The notes below the pieces were generated by a model. The model did no database searches, had not been told where the DNA came from, and was given only the letters and a program-made list of their open reading frames with translations. A program made the position numbers and the translations under genes. A DNA stretch of 64,000 bases from a virus (taxonomy: Duplodnaviria; Heunggongvirae; Uroviricota; Caudoviricetes), in the IMG/VR virus record IMGVR_UViG_3300017565_000001, positions 301,741-365,740 of that record; one strand, given 5' to 3'. Below are positions 44,054 to 53,759 of this stretch, piece by piece; positions within the stretch are counted from its first letter, which is position 1; each line of letters opens with the position of its first letter.

Positions 44054-45592
44054 TTACTTTGATGGTGGTACAAAGTCCTGTGAACCTGGATTTGTCTTAC
44101 TCTTGTCTAGGATCCATCCTTCCTGTTTGGCTCTTTCTTTCAATTCTCTTTCGTGGGGCCATTCCTCGACCCTGCCCTTCTCCAGCTTGATAGGAATAAG
44201 CTTGGTATCGGGAATGCTGTCAAACCATTCAACCAGTTGTGGGAATGTAGCCCTGAAGTCCTTGCCCCTACGAGCGTCGTATTGCTTGAAGAAACTGCGG
44301 AAGTCGCGCTCTCTAGATTTCAGGCTGCTGGTATGAGCATGACCCTCAGTGACTTCTCTCAGGTATTGGATGAGGCGAACGATACCATCGTGTTCGTGTT
44401 GTTGAAGAATTCCCCTACCCTTCAAATGTTCAGGTTGGTAATCCCAATTGTGCTTCAACCAGGTTTCAATGTGGTCGGCGCGTTCCAACCTAATATGTTC
44501 TGGTAGTGTCACTGCACTCTGAAAACTAGGGAATCTCAGAATATTGAAGCTCATGCTGCAATGATGCATGCCGTATTGTTCTTTGATTCTATTCAATGAA
44601 TCCATAAAGTCCGTGATGCTAAACAGGCAAAGACTGTTTACGGTCATCATCACGTGTGTGGCAGCAAAATTACCATCCTGAATGCACGTTTTTAGGTTGT
44701 GCAACCATTCATCCCAGTGCAAGCCATCCCTGATATATTCAGCATGAGCTCCGAATGATTCATTGCTAGTGTATAGATGAATATCCTTGAACGAATGACT
44801 GGCAGTAACGAGTCGCTTCAACAGTTTGGCGTTAACACCCAGATTGCTATTCAGGGCGAGACGAACCTTACATTCAGGATGTTCTTGCCACCAATCCATA
44901 AGCTTCCAGAAGTCTTGACTCATGGTAGCCTCACCACCAGTAATTCGGAGCTCAGTCAGACTATGCTGCAACTCTGCTTCCCACCACTGCCAGAACGCCG
45001 CCAAATAGGGATTATCGGTATTCCGGATACCATAGGGTTGTGCCCAGGAACCGTCCTGTTGGAAAGCACCACCACCATCACTCACTAGATCCTGGTACGG
45101 ACCGTTCTTCTTGACATCAGCCATCCAGGTGGTAGAGAAGCTGGGATTACAATACGAACAAGCGAAATTGCAGTTGGCGTCGAAGGCAATTTCCAAAGTC
45201 TTCAAGTCAACGTCACCCGTGGCACCATGAACTTCGGCAGCTTGTGCCAACTCTTCGTCGGTGTAAATGACACTCTTGAACACACGATCACTGACTTGAT
45301 CCTTACCCAAGTCTTCAATCTTCCAGCAGTAATCGCACTCTTCGGGACGTTCACCCCTGAGCATTTGTTCCCTGACCATCTTCTTGTATGAAGTATTGTG
45401 AATCGCCTTGTAATTGGCCAACACTTCTTCAACTGAAATCTTGTGAGCAGGTGGGTGATGACAGCTTGCAGTCGTACCACTACCCAGCCAGATCGTTGCG
45501 TTATACCACTTTGCACCACAGAATGACGGGCTGATGGGATCAACTACTCGATCCCTGTATTCAACGTATGACTCAGTTTGAATTTTTGGCAC
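44054..45592 (-). CDS. Radical SAM enzyme with N-terminal Twitch/SPASM-like domain
   Basis: FCGAKW..SCHH..CDYCW then CNFACSYC, ITGGE. Confidence 0.9.
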   Translation of the reverse strand: MPKIQTESYVEYRDRVVDPISPSFCGAKWYNATIWLGSGTTASCHHPPAHKISVEEVLANYKAIHNTSYKKMVREQMLRGERPEECDYCWKIEDLGKDQVSDRVFKSVIYTDEELAQAAEVHGATGDVDLKTLEIAFDANCNFACSYCNPSFSTTWMADVKKNGPYQDLVSDGGGAFQQDGSWAQPYGIRNTDNPYLAAFWQWWEAELQHSLTELRITGGEATMSQDFWKLMDWWQEHPECKVRLALNSNLGVNAKLLKRLVTASHSFKDIHLYTSNESFGAHAEYIRDGLHWDEWLHNLKTCIQDGNFAATHVMMTVNSLCLFSITDFMDSLNRIKEQYGMHHCSMSFNILRFPSFQSAVTLPEHIRLERADHIETWLKHNWDYQPEHLKGRGILQQHEHDGIVRLIQYLREVTEGHAHTSSLKSRERDFRSFFKQYDARRGKDFRATFPQLVEWFDSIPDTKLIPIKLEKGRVEEWPHERELKERAKQEGWILDKSKTNPGSQDFVPPSK

Positions 45593-47015
45593 GATACACC
45601 TCCTTGCATGACTCCAAGAATTCCTTGTATTCAGGGAAAGTCTTCAGGAAGTCTGTTCCGCGACGACGATCATATTCGGGATAGAACGCACCAATGTCAT
45701 TCATATGATTGAACATTTGGTCCTGGGGAATTTCTTCCATCATGTATTCACCCAAGCGTTCAATCTGATCAATCTCCTCCAAGTAAAATCTGCCCTTGGA
45801 ATCTGGACTGTTGTGACGCATCAACCCAGTCATGTAGGTTTTGATTTCCTGCAAGTAACGTTCCTTGATTTCCCGGGGTGCGACCCTGACATCCTGAAAC
45901 GGTGGCCAACGCAGATAATTGATCATCATTGGCAACCTGTTCATCGCATCGTCGGGGTTGAATTCGGTCCGCATGGTCCAAATGTCTTGCATGAAATCCT
46001 TGAACGTACTCAGGCTCAACATGTTGAATGTGATCATGAAGTTAAGTCTCGACCATTCACCAGTTTGCGACAAGAACTTGCGGCAGTTGGCAATGAATGA
46101 ATCGTAGTTCATACCGAAGCGAATGTATTCTGCGGCAGGCCCAGCTGCTTCACAACTGGTGAACACATCAAAAGCCTTGATGTTTGGTGCGATCTCGTTA
46201 TACAGCTTGATGAACTTATCCATGAGCTCATCAGGTACCTGGAGATTCGTATTAATGGCCAGGGTAAGATCAGCTCGTGGATTGTCTCTGATCTCTTCAA
46301 GAACGCGCCATGTATGCTTACTCAACAGGGGCTCACCACCCGTGATGCGGAATGTATGCAGGCTCTTGTAAAGATCAGGCCACCATTCCCAGAAAGCATC
46401 CACGTATGGGTTCTCTTCCCTGTTGGGAATAGGCATTTTGCCTATCTTTTCCAGCCACTGAATGTTACCCACTGAATAAGTGGTGCCCTGATATGGACCG
46501 TATTGTTTGACCTCTTCCATCCACTTGGACGAAATGTCAGGCGTGCAATACATGCACTTCAGATTGCAGGTGTTGTCAAATGCGACTTCCAGGTAGGACG
46601 GATTGACGTCCTGGCCTTCCTTTGATTCGATGACTTTCTGCAGGTTGGGATATGCCCAACCCATGTCAGCACTCTTGTATGTGCGATCACTGAAGTGATT
46701 ACCAGGAAGGTCTTCCACTTTCCAACAATAACTGCATTCAGGAGGACGTTCACCACTCAACATCTTCTTGCGAACTTCGACCTTGTATTCGGTGTTGTGC
46801 AGAGCTGATGGCTTACGTTTTATCTCGCTGATGGGGATCTTGTGCGTGGATGGGTGGTGACAAGAATGGGTGTGACCGTTCATCAAATAAACGGTACTTT
46901 GCAGCCACTTTGCCAAACACATTGTGGGTGAGCCACTTTGCTTTTCCACATCATCCATCCGCTCAGCCATTTTTTCAATGTTGATCTGATTGGGTGACTT
47001 GGGGGTATCGGACAT
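45573..47015 (-). CDS. Radical SAM enzyme with N-terminal Twitch/SPASM-like domain
   Basis: MCLAKW..SCHH..CSYCW then CNLKCMYC, ITGGEP. Confidence 0.9.
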   Translation of the reverse strand: MSDTPKSPNQINIEKMAERMDDVEKQSGSPTMCLAKWLQSTVYLMNGHTHSCHHPSTHKIPISEIKRKPSALHNTEYKVEVRKKMLSGERPPECSYCWKVEDLPGNHFSDRTYKSADMGWAYPNLQKVIESKEGQDVNPSYLEVAFDNTCNLKCMYCTPDISSKWMEEVKQYGPYQGTTYSVGNIQWLEKIGKMPIPNREENPYVDAFWEWWPDLYKSLHTFRITGGEPLLSKHTWRVLEEIRDNPRADLTLAINTNLQVPDELMDKFIKLYNEIAPNIKAFDVFTSCEAAGPAAEYIRFGMNYDSFIANCRKFLSQTGEWSRLNFMITFNMLSLSTFKDFMQDIWTMRTEFNPDDAMNRLPMMINYLRWPPFQDVRVAPREIKERYLQEIKTYMTGLMRHNSPDSKGRFYLEEIDQIERLGEYMMEEIPQDQMFNHMNDIGAFYPEYDRRRGTDFLKTFPEYKEFLESCKEVYRAKNSN

Positions 47016-47935
47016 TAGATGTTCCTGAGTTTGAAAGTTTCGCGGAAGAACGCACTAGTATCCGCGTCTAGTGTTGGTACACTGATCTTGGTGGTTTCCT
47101 TGATGTAAGCACCAAGTTTCTTGATTTCTTCTTCAACAAAGAAGAGTGCATGGTCTTCTGTTCGTTGCTTGCCCATATTGGGCAGATAGATCTGATGAGA
47201 CACTTCAGCCCAGTATTGGTTGAACCAGTCATAATCACGGATCACGGAGAAGTCCCATGTGGCGTCACACATCTTGCACCATGCCAAACGAGTGCCGTAA
47301 ATAGCCCAGAGACCATGCTCCACATCAGCACCAACTGACGACCAGATGCGTAGGTTACGCAAATTTACGCCGTGTAGTTGCGTCTTCATAAGTTCGGGTT
47401 TGATGCGCTGGCCCCTATCTAGGGCCAATTTGACACCCTCTCGGAACCCCACACGAAACGCCTGGTATGGGGAACCGTTGTTCCAGACTTCACTGAATGC
47501 CTTGTGAATACCCTTGTAGTTTTCATCCCAACAGAAATCCACGGCCTGTCCATCTTCAGACAGTTCATGGCTACGCATATTCAGGGCAAATTCTTTGGAC
47601 CACAATTTCAGGCCACCATTACCGTACATCAAACCATTCATCATGTTGATGCCGTTCCAACAGAAGCTCTTGTTGCGATCCAGGGTATCGTCTAATTCGA
47701 TTGTTTCGTCGAAGAATTCTGGCAACACAATGTTGTCAGCATCGACTGTGATGAACCACGGAGTTTCGCTTTGTTCCGCGCAAGCTCTATGAGCTGCGTC
47801 AAAGCCCTTTACGCCATGGACTCGTTTAGCCCAAGGCGCCTTGTCAAGTAAATCAGCCCAATGCTTTTCGGCATTGGGCTCGTCGTAACTCAAAAAGAAA
47901 ATATCAAATTCACTGATGCCGTAAGTCTTTTTCAT
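47015..47935 (-). CDS. GT-A-like glycosyltransferase
   Basis: DIFFLSYDEP, RVHGVKG, TVDADN (DxD), NGLMYGNGG, FRVGFREG. Confidence 0.65.
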   Translation of the reverse strand: MKKTYGISEFDIFFLSYDEPNAEKHWADLLDKAPWAKRVHGVKGFDAAHRACAEQSETPWFITVDADNIVLPEFFDETIELDDTLDRNKSFCWNGINMMNGLMYGNGGLKLWSKEFALNMRSHELSEDGQAVDFCWDENYKGIHKAFSEVWNNGSPYQAFRVGFREGVKLALDRGQRIKPELMKTQLHGVNLRNLRIWSSVGADVEHGLWAIYGTRLAWCKMCDATWDFSVIRDYDWFNQYWAEVSHQIYLPNMGKQRTEDHALFFVEEEIKKLGAYIKETTKISVPTLDADTSAFFRETFKLRNI

Positions 47936-48849
47936 TCTTGTTTTCGTATGAAGAGCATCTGATCAGCAATCGGGAACCCCGACACGCCAAACTTTGCTCC
48001 TGCTTTCTTCTTGACCTTGGTTGTCAGACCACCTTTCTCGATCAATTCGTTGACATCGTAGTCGATCGTGTCAACAAAGATCATGGGGTCACCGGCCTTA
48101 GTCAAGAACACTGACGGCTTGGAACTTTCTGGCGTGTACAGCTGGGGCTCACCAACAACCTTGAGCTCAAGTGTGTTGTTATTTATGAGATGATACACTA
48201 CCACTCCTTCAAAGTCTTCTGGTACCTGAGTTGCTTGTTTGAAGACAGTCAATTTGTTCATATGCCCAGTTCTTACATGGGCGGTCATCCAGTCTGCATT
48301 CCGAATCACCAATTGATAGTTACGGAACACCTTGATAGTGCTCACCGCATAATCACTGATTTGGTTCTTGAATTGGTAACGAACTGAACCTCGTTCCACC
48401 AACTGCTTGACATTGATCTTGAATTCACCCAAGACCATAGACGGATCCTTTTGCTTATGCAGAATGAAGCGGAGTTCCTGTTCAGTGATATTCACCAATG
48501 GCACACCGACAAATTTCTGAGGAATTGATACTTCAAAAGTGTTGCTCTTCAGGTAAAGGGCGACCGTGATTGTTGGGACGTTTGAATCGCCAGTTGAATC
48601 CTGGGGGATTGCGATGACTGTGCCGGCATCACTTGGAACGGAATCCAAAACATTCTGTTGAAGGTTGAAAACACCATCCCCAGTTTCAACAACAAACCAC
48701 TCATCAACGCTATATTCAGCAGTGATGAACTTCAGAGCTACTTCCTCATCCACGATATGGAAATCGTAATCACCAAATTCTTCTTGAGGGGCTGGGGCGA
48801 CTGCTTTGATGGCACCTTGATTGTCATGGTAAATGTAGAATGAAGTCAT
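47932..48849 (-). CDS. Hypothetical protein
   Basis: Coupled ORF with internal repeat (KQKDPSM / KAGDPMI). Confidence 0.7.
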   Translation of the reverse strand: MTSFYIYHDNQGAIKAVAPAPQEEFGDYDFHIVDEEVALKFITAEYSVDEWFVVETGDGVFNLQQNVLDSVPSDAGTVIAIPQDSTGDSNVPTITVALYLKSNTFEVSIPQKFVGVPLVNITEQELRFILHKQKDPSMVLGEFKINVKQLVERGSVRYQFKNQISDYAVSTIKVFRNYQLVIRNADWMTAHVRTGHMNKLTVFKQATQVPEDFEGVVVYHLINNNTLELKVVGEPQLYTPESSKPSVFLTKAGDPMIFVDTIDYDVNELIEKGGLTTKVKKKAGAKFGVSGFPIADQMLFIRKQE

Positions 48850-49718
48850 AGTCCTAGTTTCTCCTCATAGGTGGCAATCATATCGTCTGTAAGGAATTCT
48901 TTGATATGATAGTGGAGTGGCGCAATTTGGCGACAACGTCCGATCTTTAGTTCCAGATCTTCTGTGAAATAAACGCCGATGTGTTTTGTCCAATCCTCTG
49001 TAATTGATTTATCGTCCCAATTTTGCAGTTTGGATTTCATGTGAACAAAATGTGGGAACTTTCTAACCGTATTCGTACACTGATCATCCGCATCGAGCAA
49101 TCGCATAGCAAGGGCAAATACCACATCTGTACTAACCTCTGCTGGACGTGGCTCATCAGTAAATTCGTAGCGGAATTTTTCCCAGTTCTGGTAGATGATT
49201 TCGGCCATATCAAACAGTTCTTTGGCCATATCGCTTGACTTGAAAAACATGAATGCCGTGTAAACATTTGACAGCTTGTTTGCCGTAAATGTCTTTCGGT
49301 AAAAGTCACTGGTGATTTCTTCACCCCTGAACGTCAATGCTGTTGTGGCAGCCCATACGTCCTGAAGCTCCAACGTATCCCACCATGCATCGATGTTCTG
49401 CAGGAAAAGCATGTCACAATCCAGCTTGATTGTTTGCTCATACGGAGTCATGTGATAAGCCTTCCATTCATTCTGAAGCTTCCATGACGCATCCTCGGCC
49501 GCATCGCCCCATGGAATTTCAATCACTTCATCAAACACCTTCCGGTATTTCTCAGGCACTTCTTGGCCAGGCGTGATGCCTACTGCCAAGTATGGAACTT
49601 CGACCTGGGTGGCTTTCAGGCTAAGGGCCAGTCCATATGCCAACCGCAAGTAATCGTATGAACCATTTTGTGCGAAGGTGAAGAACCCACGTTTACGTTT
49701 GAAATCTCGTTGACTCAT
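48846..49718 (-). CDS. GT-A glycosyltransferase (GT8-like)
   Basis: TPYEQTIKLDCDMLF (DxD), TDVVFALA, FVHMK. Confidence 0.75.
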   Translation of the reverse strand: MSQRDFKRKRGFFTFAQNGSYDYLRLAYGLALSLKATQVEVPYLAVGITPGQEVPEKYRKVFDEVIEIPWGDAAEDASWKLQNEWKAYHMTPYEQTIKLDCDMLFLQNIDAWWDTLELQDVWAATTALTFRGEEITSDFYRKTFTANKLSNVYTAFMFFKSSDMAKELFDMAEIIYQNWEKFRYEFTDEPRPAEVSTDVVFALAMRLLDADDQCTNTVRKFPHFVHMKSKLQNWDDKSITEDWTKHIGVYFTEDLELKIGRCRQIAPLHYHIKEFLTDDMIATYEEKLGL

Positions 49719-50602
49719 TTTCTATACAACTCAATCAGTTTATCCGCATGGCGGAGGATTGCATATTTGTTCATTGCGTGAACGGTGACGCCCTTTACTT
49801 TGCTCAACAGGAAGCGCCATGATTCGTGTTGATCTTGCGCCAAGAATGTCAGTTCATTCCGGCCCACTTCCATAATATCATCCACATCAAAACTACTCAG
49901 GATTTTGCTTTGAGGGAATGGCTTAAACTCGTCATTCTCCAGGAACCCATTCAACATGTGGATGGCAATACTAAACACGTAATCGTTACGATAAAGCTTG
50001 CCTGGAAACTCATAGACGTACTGATAATATTCGTAATTGGATTTAATTTGCTCAACTAGGTCGAACAGAATTTGTGCTCGTTCACTCTTACGGAAATATA
50101 CCATGGTAGCCCAATACATGGGGATGGACGTGCTATCAAGTCGGCGTTCTGAATCCTTGGGAGGAGTATGAAGCAAAGTCAATGCATCTTTGTTGATGAG
50201 GACTTCTTCGTCATTTCCCCAAACCAAATCAAACATACCGTCTTGCACCAGAACGTCACTGTCCAGAATGATGGTTTCATCGTAAGGCGTCAGTTCGTAT
50301 GCTGTGCTGCGAGTCCCGTTATGCCAAGTCAGATGCTTTACGGTGCTCTTCGTATCCAGGAATTGACGTTGTTTGGATTGACGCTTGAATTCGTATCCAA
50401 TTACTTTGATGTGATCGAAAGCTTGTTTGATTAACTCATCACCCAGACTACTTTGCATCCAATCAAGAGTTCCTTGATCCGTCACTAGACAGACGCTGTT
50501 TTCCCTGAGATTTGCTTTAATCATCAGGGCGCAACAGAGTGCGATTTTGCCATAATCAACTTCTTCGTTGTTATGGGCGTAGATAAGAAATCCTCTACTC
50601 AT
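49715..50602 (-). CDS. GT-A glycosyltransferase (GT8-like)
   Basis: TPYDETIILDSDV (DxD), RNDYVFSIA, HAMNK. Confidence 0.75.
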   Translation of the reverse strand: MSRGFLIYAHNNEEVDYGKIALCCALMIKANLRENSVCLVTDQGTLDWMQSSLGDELIKQAFDHIKVIGYEFKRQSKQRQFLDTKSTVKHLTWHNGTRSTAYELTPYDETIILDSDVLVQDGMFDLVWGNDEEVLINKDALTLLHTPPKDSERRLDSTSIPMYWATMVYFRKSERAQILFDLVEQIKSNYEYYQYVYEFPGKLYRNDYVFSIAIHMLNGFLENDEFKPFPQSKILSSFDVDDIMEVGRNELTFLAQDQHESWRFLLSKVKGVTVHAMNKYAILRHADKLIELYRK

Positions 50603-50946
50603 TTTCCAGTCGCTTGCTCAACAGTGCGAGCCTTACGAATCTTTTCGTATTCGGCCAAATACTCATTGGTTGCTTCAAAATATTTGCTGATGACTTCATC
50701 CAGGAAGTCCTGCAAGTTGCTGATAAGAACCGGGTTTCCCCTAGCATCAATCAGAACGGCTTCGGTCTGTTCTCGACGGACTAGAACGTCCACAAACGCA
50801 ATCAACTGATCACTTACCGTAAAGATGCCACCATTGTGGGCGTAAGTGAGCAGATTTTCCATGCGAAGCTTGAGGTTCTGCTTCTGATTGTAAACCGTAA
50901 CCTTGTAGTTGGAATGGGCAAGAGCCTTAGTCAAACGGTCGTCCAT
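50599..50946 (-). CDS. Conserved hypothetical phage protein
   Basis: MDDRLTKAL..GGIF..LIDARGNP; GGAG SD. Confidence 0.75.
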   Translation of the reverse strand: MDDRLTKALAHSNYKVTVYNQKQNLKLRMENLLTYAHNGGIFTVSDQLIAFVDVLVRREQTEAVLIDARGNPVLISNLQDFLDEVISKYFEATNEYLAEYEKIRKARTVEQATGK

Positions 50947-51015
50947 AATTTCTCCATATTGATTTACTTATGATAGCTTGCGGGTGACTACTGTTCAAAA
51001 TAGCCAAAGGTGGTG

Positions 51016-51041
51016 AAGGGGAGTGGAAAACCACTCCCCTT
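51016..51041 (-). terminator. Stem-loop after tail genes
   Basis: AAGGGGAGTGG-TTTT-CCACTCCCCTT on minus strand. Confidence 0.6.
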
Positions 51042-51056
51042 GTTAGTCACTGAAAA

Positions 51057-51965
51057 TCAAAGACCGTTGCCGTTGAAAAGCGAGAATGTGGGTGTAACTA
51101 GCGTTGGGTTGTCCAAATATGTAGTGGCCTTCAGGTGTGAGAACCTAATGGACGTACCTGACGTCATAGTGGCACCATTTTGTTCAATCAATTGAACCAG
51201 GAAGCGAACACCGTTGGTGGTACGCTTGGCACGCACATAGAAGTCATCCATGAATTGATATGACGGAATACCAGCATACGTGGGATCAAAGTTCGTACCA
51301 TCCAGAATAATCGAATAGCCCGCTGGATCAACTGGCAATTCATAGAATCCAGCATTGGCCGGCGTGCCGTAATCACCAGTTCTGGTGGTCGTATGTGCTT
51401 TCATTGCCACAGTACCAACTCGACTCAATGCATTGGCCCATGAATTGTCATTAGCCGTTCCCGTAGGATGCGACGTGACAATACGAATTTCACCACCACT
51501 GTTGAAGAACCAACGAGCAGCATCGGCAGAGGGCCAAGTCACATCAATTTCCGCGTCAATCGTACCCGACCATGCAGCAGCGCGAGTATTAGTAAATGCA
51601 TTGGCAGTCAGCGTCATACTAGCTGCACCATACGTCAACGATTGCGCAAAGATTTCGTTGGTTTTGGCTTCATAAGCATTTGCGATTGCGGCAGAAATAA
51701 GCGTCGAACCAGCTACGGGGATTGGAAGATCGGCCTCCACATAACCCGTCGAATTACCCAACTGATGCCTACGAGCAGCGTTGATGTAATTGCGCATTTC
51801 GATCCATTTGGCAGCGGTGCTCACATCAGCCGTAGTGGCATCAACCCATGTGCCAATGCTTTGGCCATAGCCCTTGTCACCACTACCAGTTGACAACATG
51901 CTCACAACCCGTGCTTTCATTGAGTTGTAAAACGATGCTGTGAGAATATCACCGACGTTTGCCAT
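51057..51965 (-). CDS. Virion structural (tail/baseplate fibre-associated) protein
   Basis: GYGQ, ARWFFNSGGEIR motifs; Ala/Thr-rich; in tail gene block. Confidence 0.65.
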   Translation of the reverse strand: MANVGDILTASFYNSMKARVVSMLSTGSGDKGYGQSIGTWVDATTADVSTAAKWIEMRNYINAARRHQLGNSTGYVEADLPIPVAGSTLISAAIANAYEAKTNEIFAQSLTYGAASMTLTANAFTNTRAAAWSGTIDAEIDVTWPSADAARWFFNSGGEIRIVTSHPTGTANDNSWANALSRVGTVAMKAHTTTRTGDYGTPANAGFYELPVDPAGYSIILDGTNFDPTYAGIPSYQFMDDFYVRAKRTTNGVRFLVQLIEQNGATMTSGTSIRFSHLKATTYLDNPTLVTPTFSLFNGNGL

Positions 51966-52933
51966 TACTTCGCTCCCAACGCCACTTCGATCAATTCAAC
52001 ATCATGCGATTCTTTGTTGACCAAAGAGCGTCCAATGATTTGGAACGTTGTAAGCTCACCAGAAACACGGCTTTCTGCAATGGCAACACCGCGTTCACCG
52101 CTTGCAACTAGACGCTCACCCTTCTTGACGGCTCCCTTGACCTTTACTGGAACACGACCAACTAGTGCCACGTATGGGTGCGTTTCGTCAGTACCAGCAT
52201 CAGCGTTCATCTTGAAACCAGGAGCAGTTGAGATCACGCCGAATACTTGTTCAGACCTGCAATCACGCACCTTCTGGATTTCCTTGTCACCACCCAGTTC
52301 GACCACGTCACCGGGTTCAACTGGTTCGCTTGTTTCATAGCGTTCGGCCAAGTCAGCGAATCGAGCTGACGTTGCAACACCATTGAAAGTAGTGGCATAA
52401 ACAGTCGCAAATCGACGAGTAGTAGAACCCAGATCAAAAGCGTTGTTGGTTGTGGGGCCAGTATTAGCGTTGGACTTCAAGTAATTGGTAGCGAGACCAG
52501 CACCTTCCAATGCGGCAAGCATTTCGGCCAAGGTCACGAACTTGTAGCCGGAACCATCAGGCAGAACTTGAATGAATTTGTTGGCATCAGCGGGAACAGG
52601 CTTCAGACCCAGGCCACCTTGAACGGGTGGGACCAATACGGTAGAATTGCTTGATTCACCAAAGATGACCTTCCAGGCACCATTCGACCACACTTTCAAT
52701 GCTGAGACACCGGTGTCAAACCACAATTGGCCAACAAGCGGAGTACCAGCTGGAGCAGTCGTATTAGCAAAGTTCGACAGTTGACGAACCGTGTTGATGG
52801 CAAATGCCTGGCCATAGCCAGGACCGCCACGACCGACCAATGTCAGTGCGGTAGAAGTAGTGTCCAGAGCCCCGGCCACGACGGTGAGCGCACCATTAGG
52901 GCCATACGCGGGGATGATATAATTGTTGGACAT
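51965..52933 (-). CDS. Tail fibre protein with C-terminal autoproteolytic (peptidase G2/IMC-like) domain
   Basis: NFA...P...GQLWFD, FADLAERY, GVIST.PG, VALVGRVPVKV. Confidence 0.75.
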   Translation of the reverse strand: MSNNYIIPAYGPNGALTVVAGALDTTSTALTLVGRGGPGYGQAFAINTVRQLSNFANTTAPAGTPLVGQLWFDTGVSALKVWSNGAWKVIFGESSNSTVLVPPVQGGLGLKPVPADANKFIQVLPDGSGYKFVTLAEMLAALEGAGLATNYLKSNANTGPTTNNAFDLGSTTRRFATVYATTFNGVATSARFADLAERYETSEPVEPGDVVELGGDKEIQKVRDCRSEQVFGVISTAPGFKMNADAGTDETHPYVALVGRVPVKVKGAVKKGERLVASGERGVAIAESRVSGELTTFQIIGRSLVNKESHDVELIEVALGAK

Positions 52934-52960
52934 TAGTTAAGCTCCAGAGTTATCTGAAAA

Positions 52961-52992
52961 TATTTATCGCGGTATTTATGTGAGTATTTAAT
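52961..52992 (-). promoter_or_regulatory. Three tandem late-promoter motifs
   Basis: ATTAAATA, CATAAATA, GATAAATA at 12-nt period on minus strand. Confidence 0.6.
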
Positions 52993-53605
52993 TAGGTGCA
53001 ACCATACTGATTCGCACCGTATAAATGATCTCAATTGCGCGGTTCAGTGACTTCTGGACTGGGTGGAAAATCACGTGAGTCAGCAATCGGCGAACGTTTG
53101 TGTTTGAATTCACCGTTTTCAGGCCCATTTCATCGAAAATATATCGAGCATTGGGGTCGTCACTTTGGCTGGCATTTTGTACCACCGCATCGTCATATTG
53201 CGCTGCATCAGCTGGTTCACCGTAGCCCAACGTGCATGTGATCACGATGTCTGTATAGGTGGTACCAACAGTATGCTGAATGCGAACATTGGTCTTGGTG
53301 GGATCGTCGGTGAAATACGGGCTGCGATCATTAACCACCTTGGAATAGGTGGGATTGTAAAGATCAGCATTGATACCTTGAACCTGGGGTGTGTTATAGT
53401 CCAACTCACCTGTAGAATTCACAATGGTACCACCATTACCAAAGTGGATTTCTTCGATAACACCGTTGTCATATTTGGCAAAAGACAGCGCCAAAGCTTC
53501 GCTGAAGTTTTCCAAGTGGATATCGTTATGGACATCGCGGAGGATTTCCCCCGAATCAATATCACGAATCAGCACATGGCCAGTCGCGAACACTGGGTTG
53601 TTCAT
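52988..53605 (-). CDS. Virion structural protein (baseplate region)
   Basis: GHVLIRD, FGNGG, FDEMGL, THVIFHPVQKS; start probably ATG 53605. Confidence 0.65.
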   Translation of the reverse strand: MNNPVFATGHVLIRDIDSGEILRDVHNDIHLENFSEALALSFAKYDNGVIEEIHFGNGGTIVNSTGELDYNTPQVQGINADLYNPTYSKVVNDRSPYFTDDPTKTNVRIQHTVGTTYTDIVITCTLGYGEPADAAQYDDAVVQNASQSDDPNARYIFDEMGLKTVNSNTNVRRLLTHVIFHPVQKSLNRAIEIIYTVRISMVAPN

Positions 53606-53606
53606 T

Positions 53607-53759
53607 TCATTCATCCCATTCCCCATCTTGTCTTTTCGTAGAACCAGACTGATCGATGATCACTTCTTTGGTATCTGCATCTCGAATCATTAGATGTTCT
53701 CGAATGCAGATACCTTGATGGTCATCTACGTCCAGGTTTAGAGTGGATTCATTATTCAT
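53607..53759 (-). CDS. Small protein, 50 aa (not in ORF track)
   Basis: MNNESTLNLDVDDHQGICIREHLMIRDADTKEVIIDQSGSTKRQDGEWDE; GCTAAATA late motif at 53768-53775. Confidence 0.65.
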   Translation of the reverse strand: MNNESTLNLDVDDHQGICIREHLMIRDADTKEVIIDQSGSTKRQDGEWDE

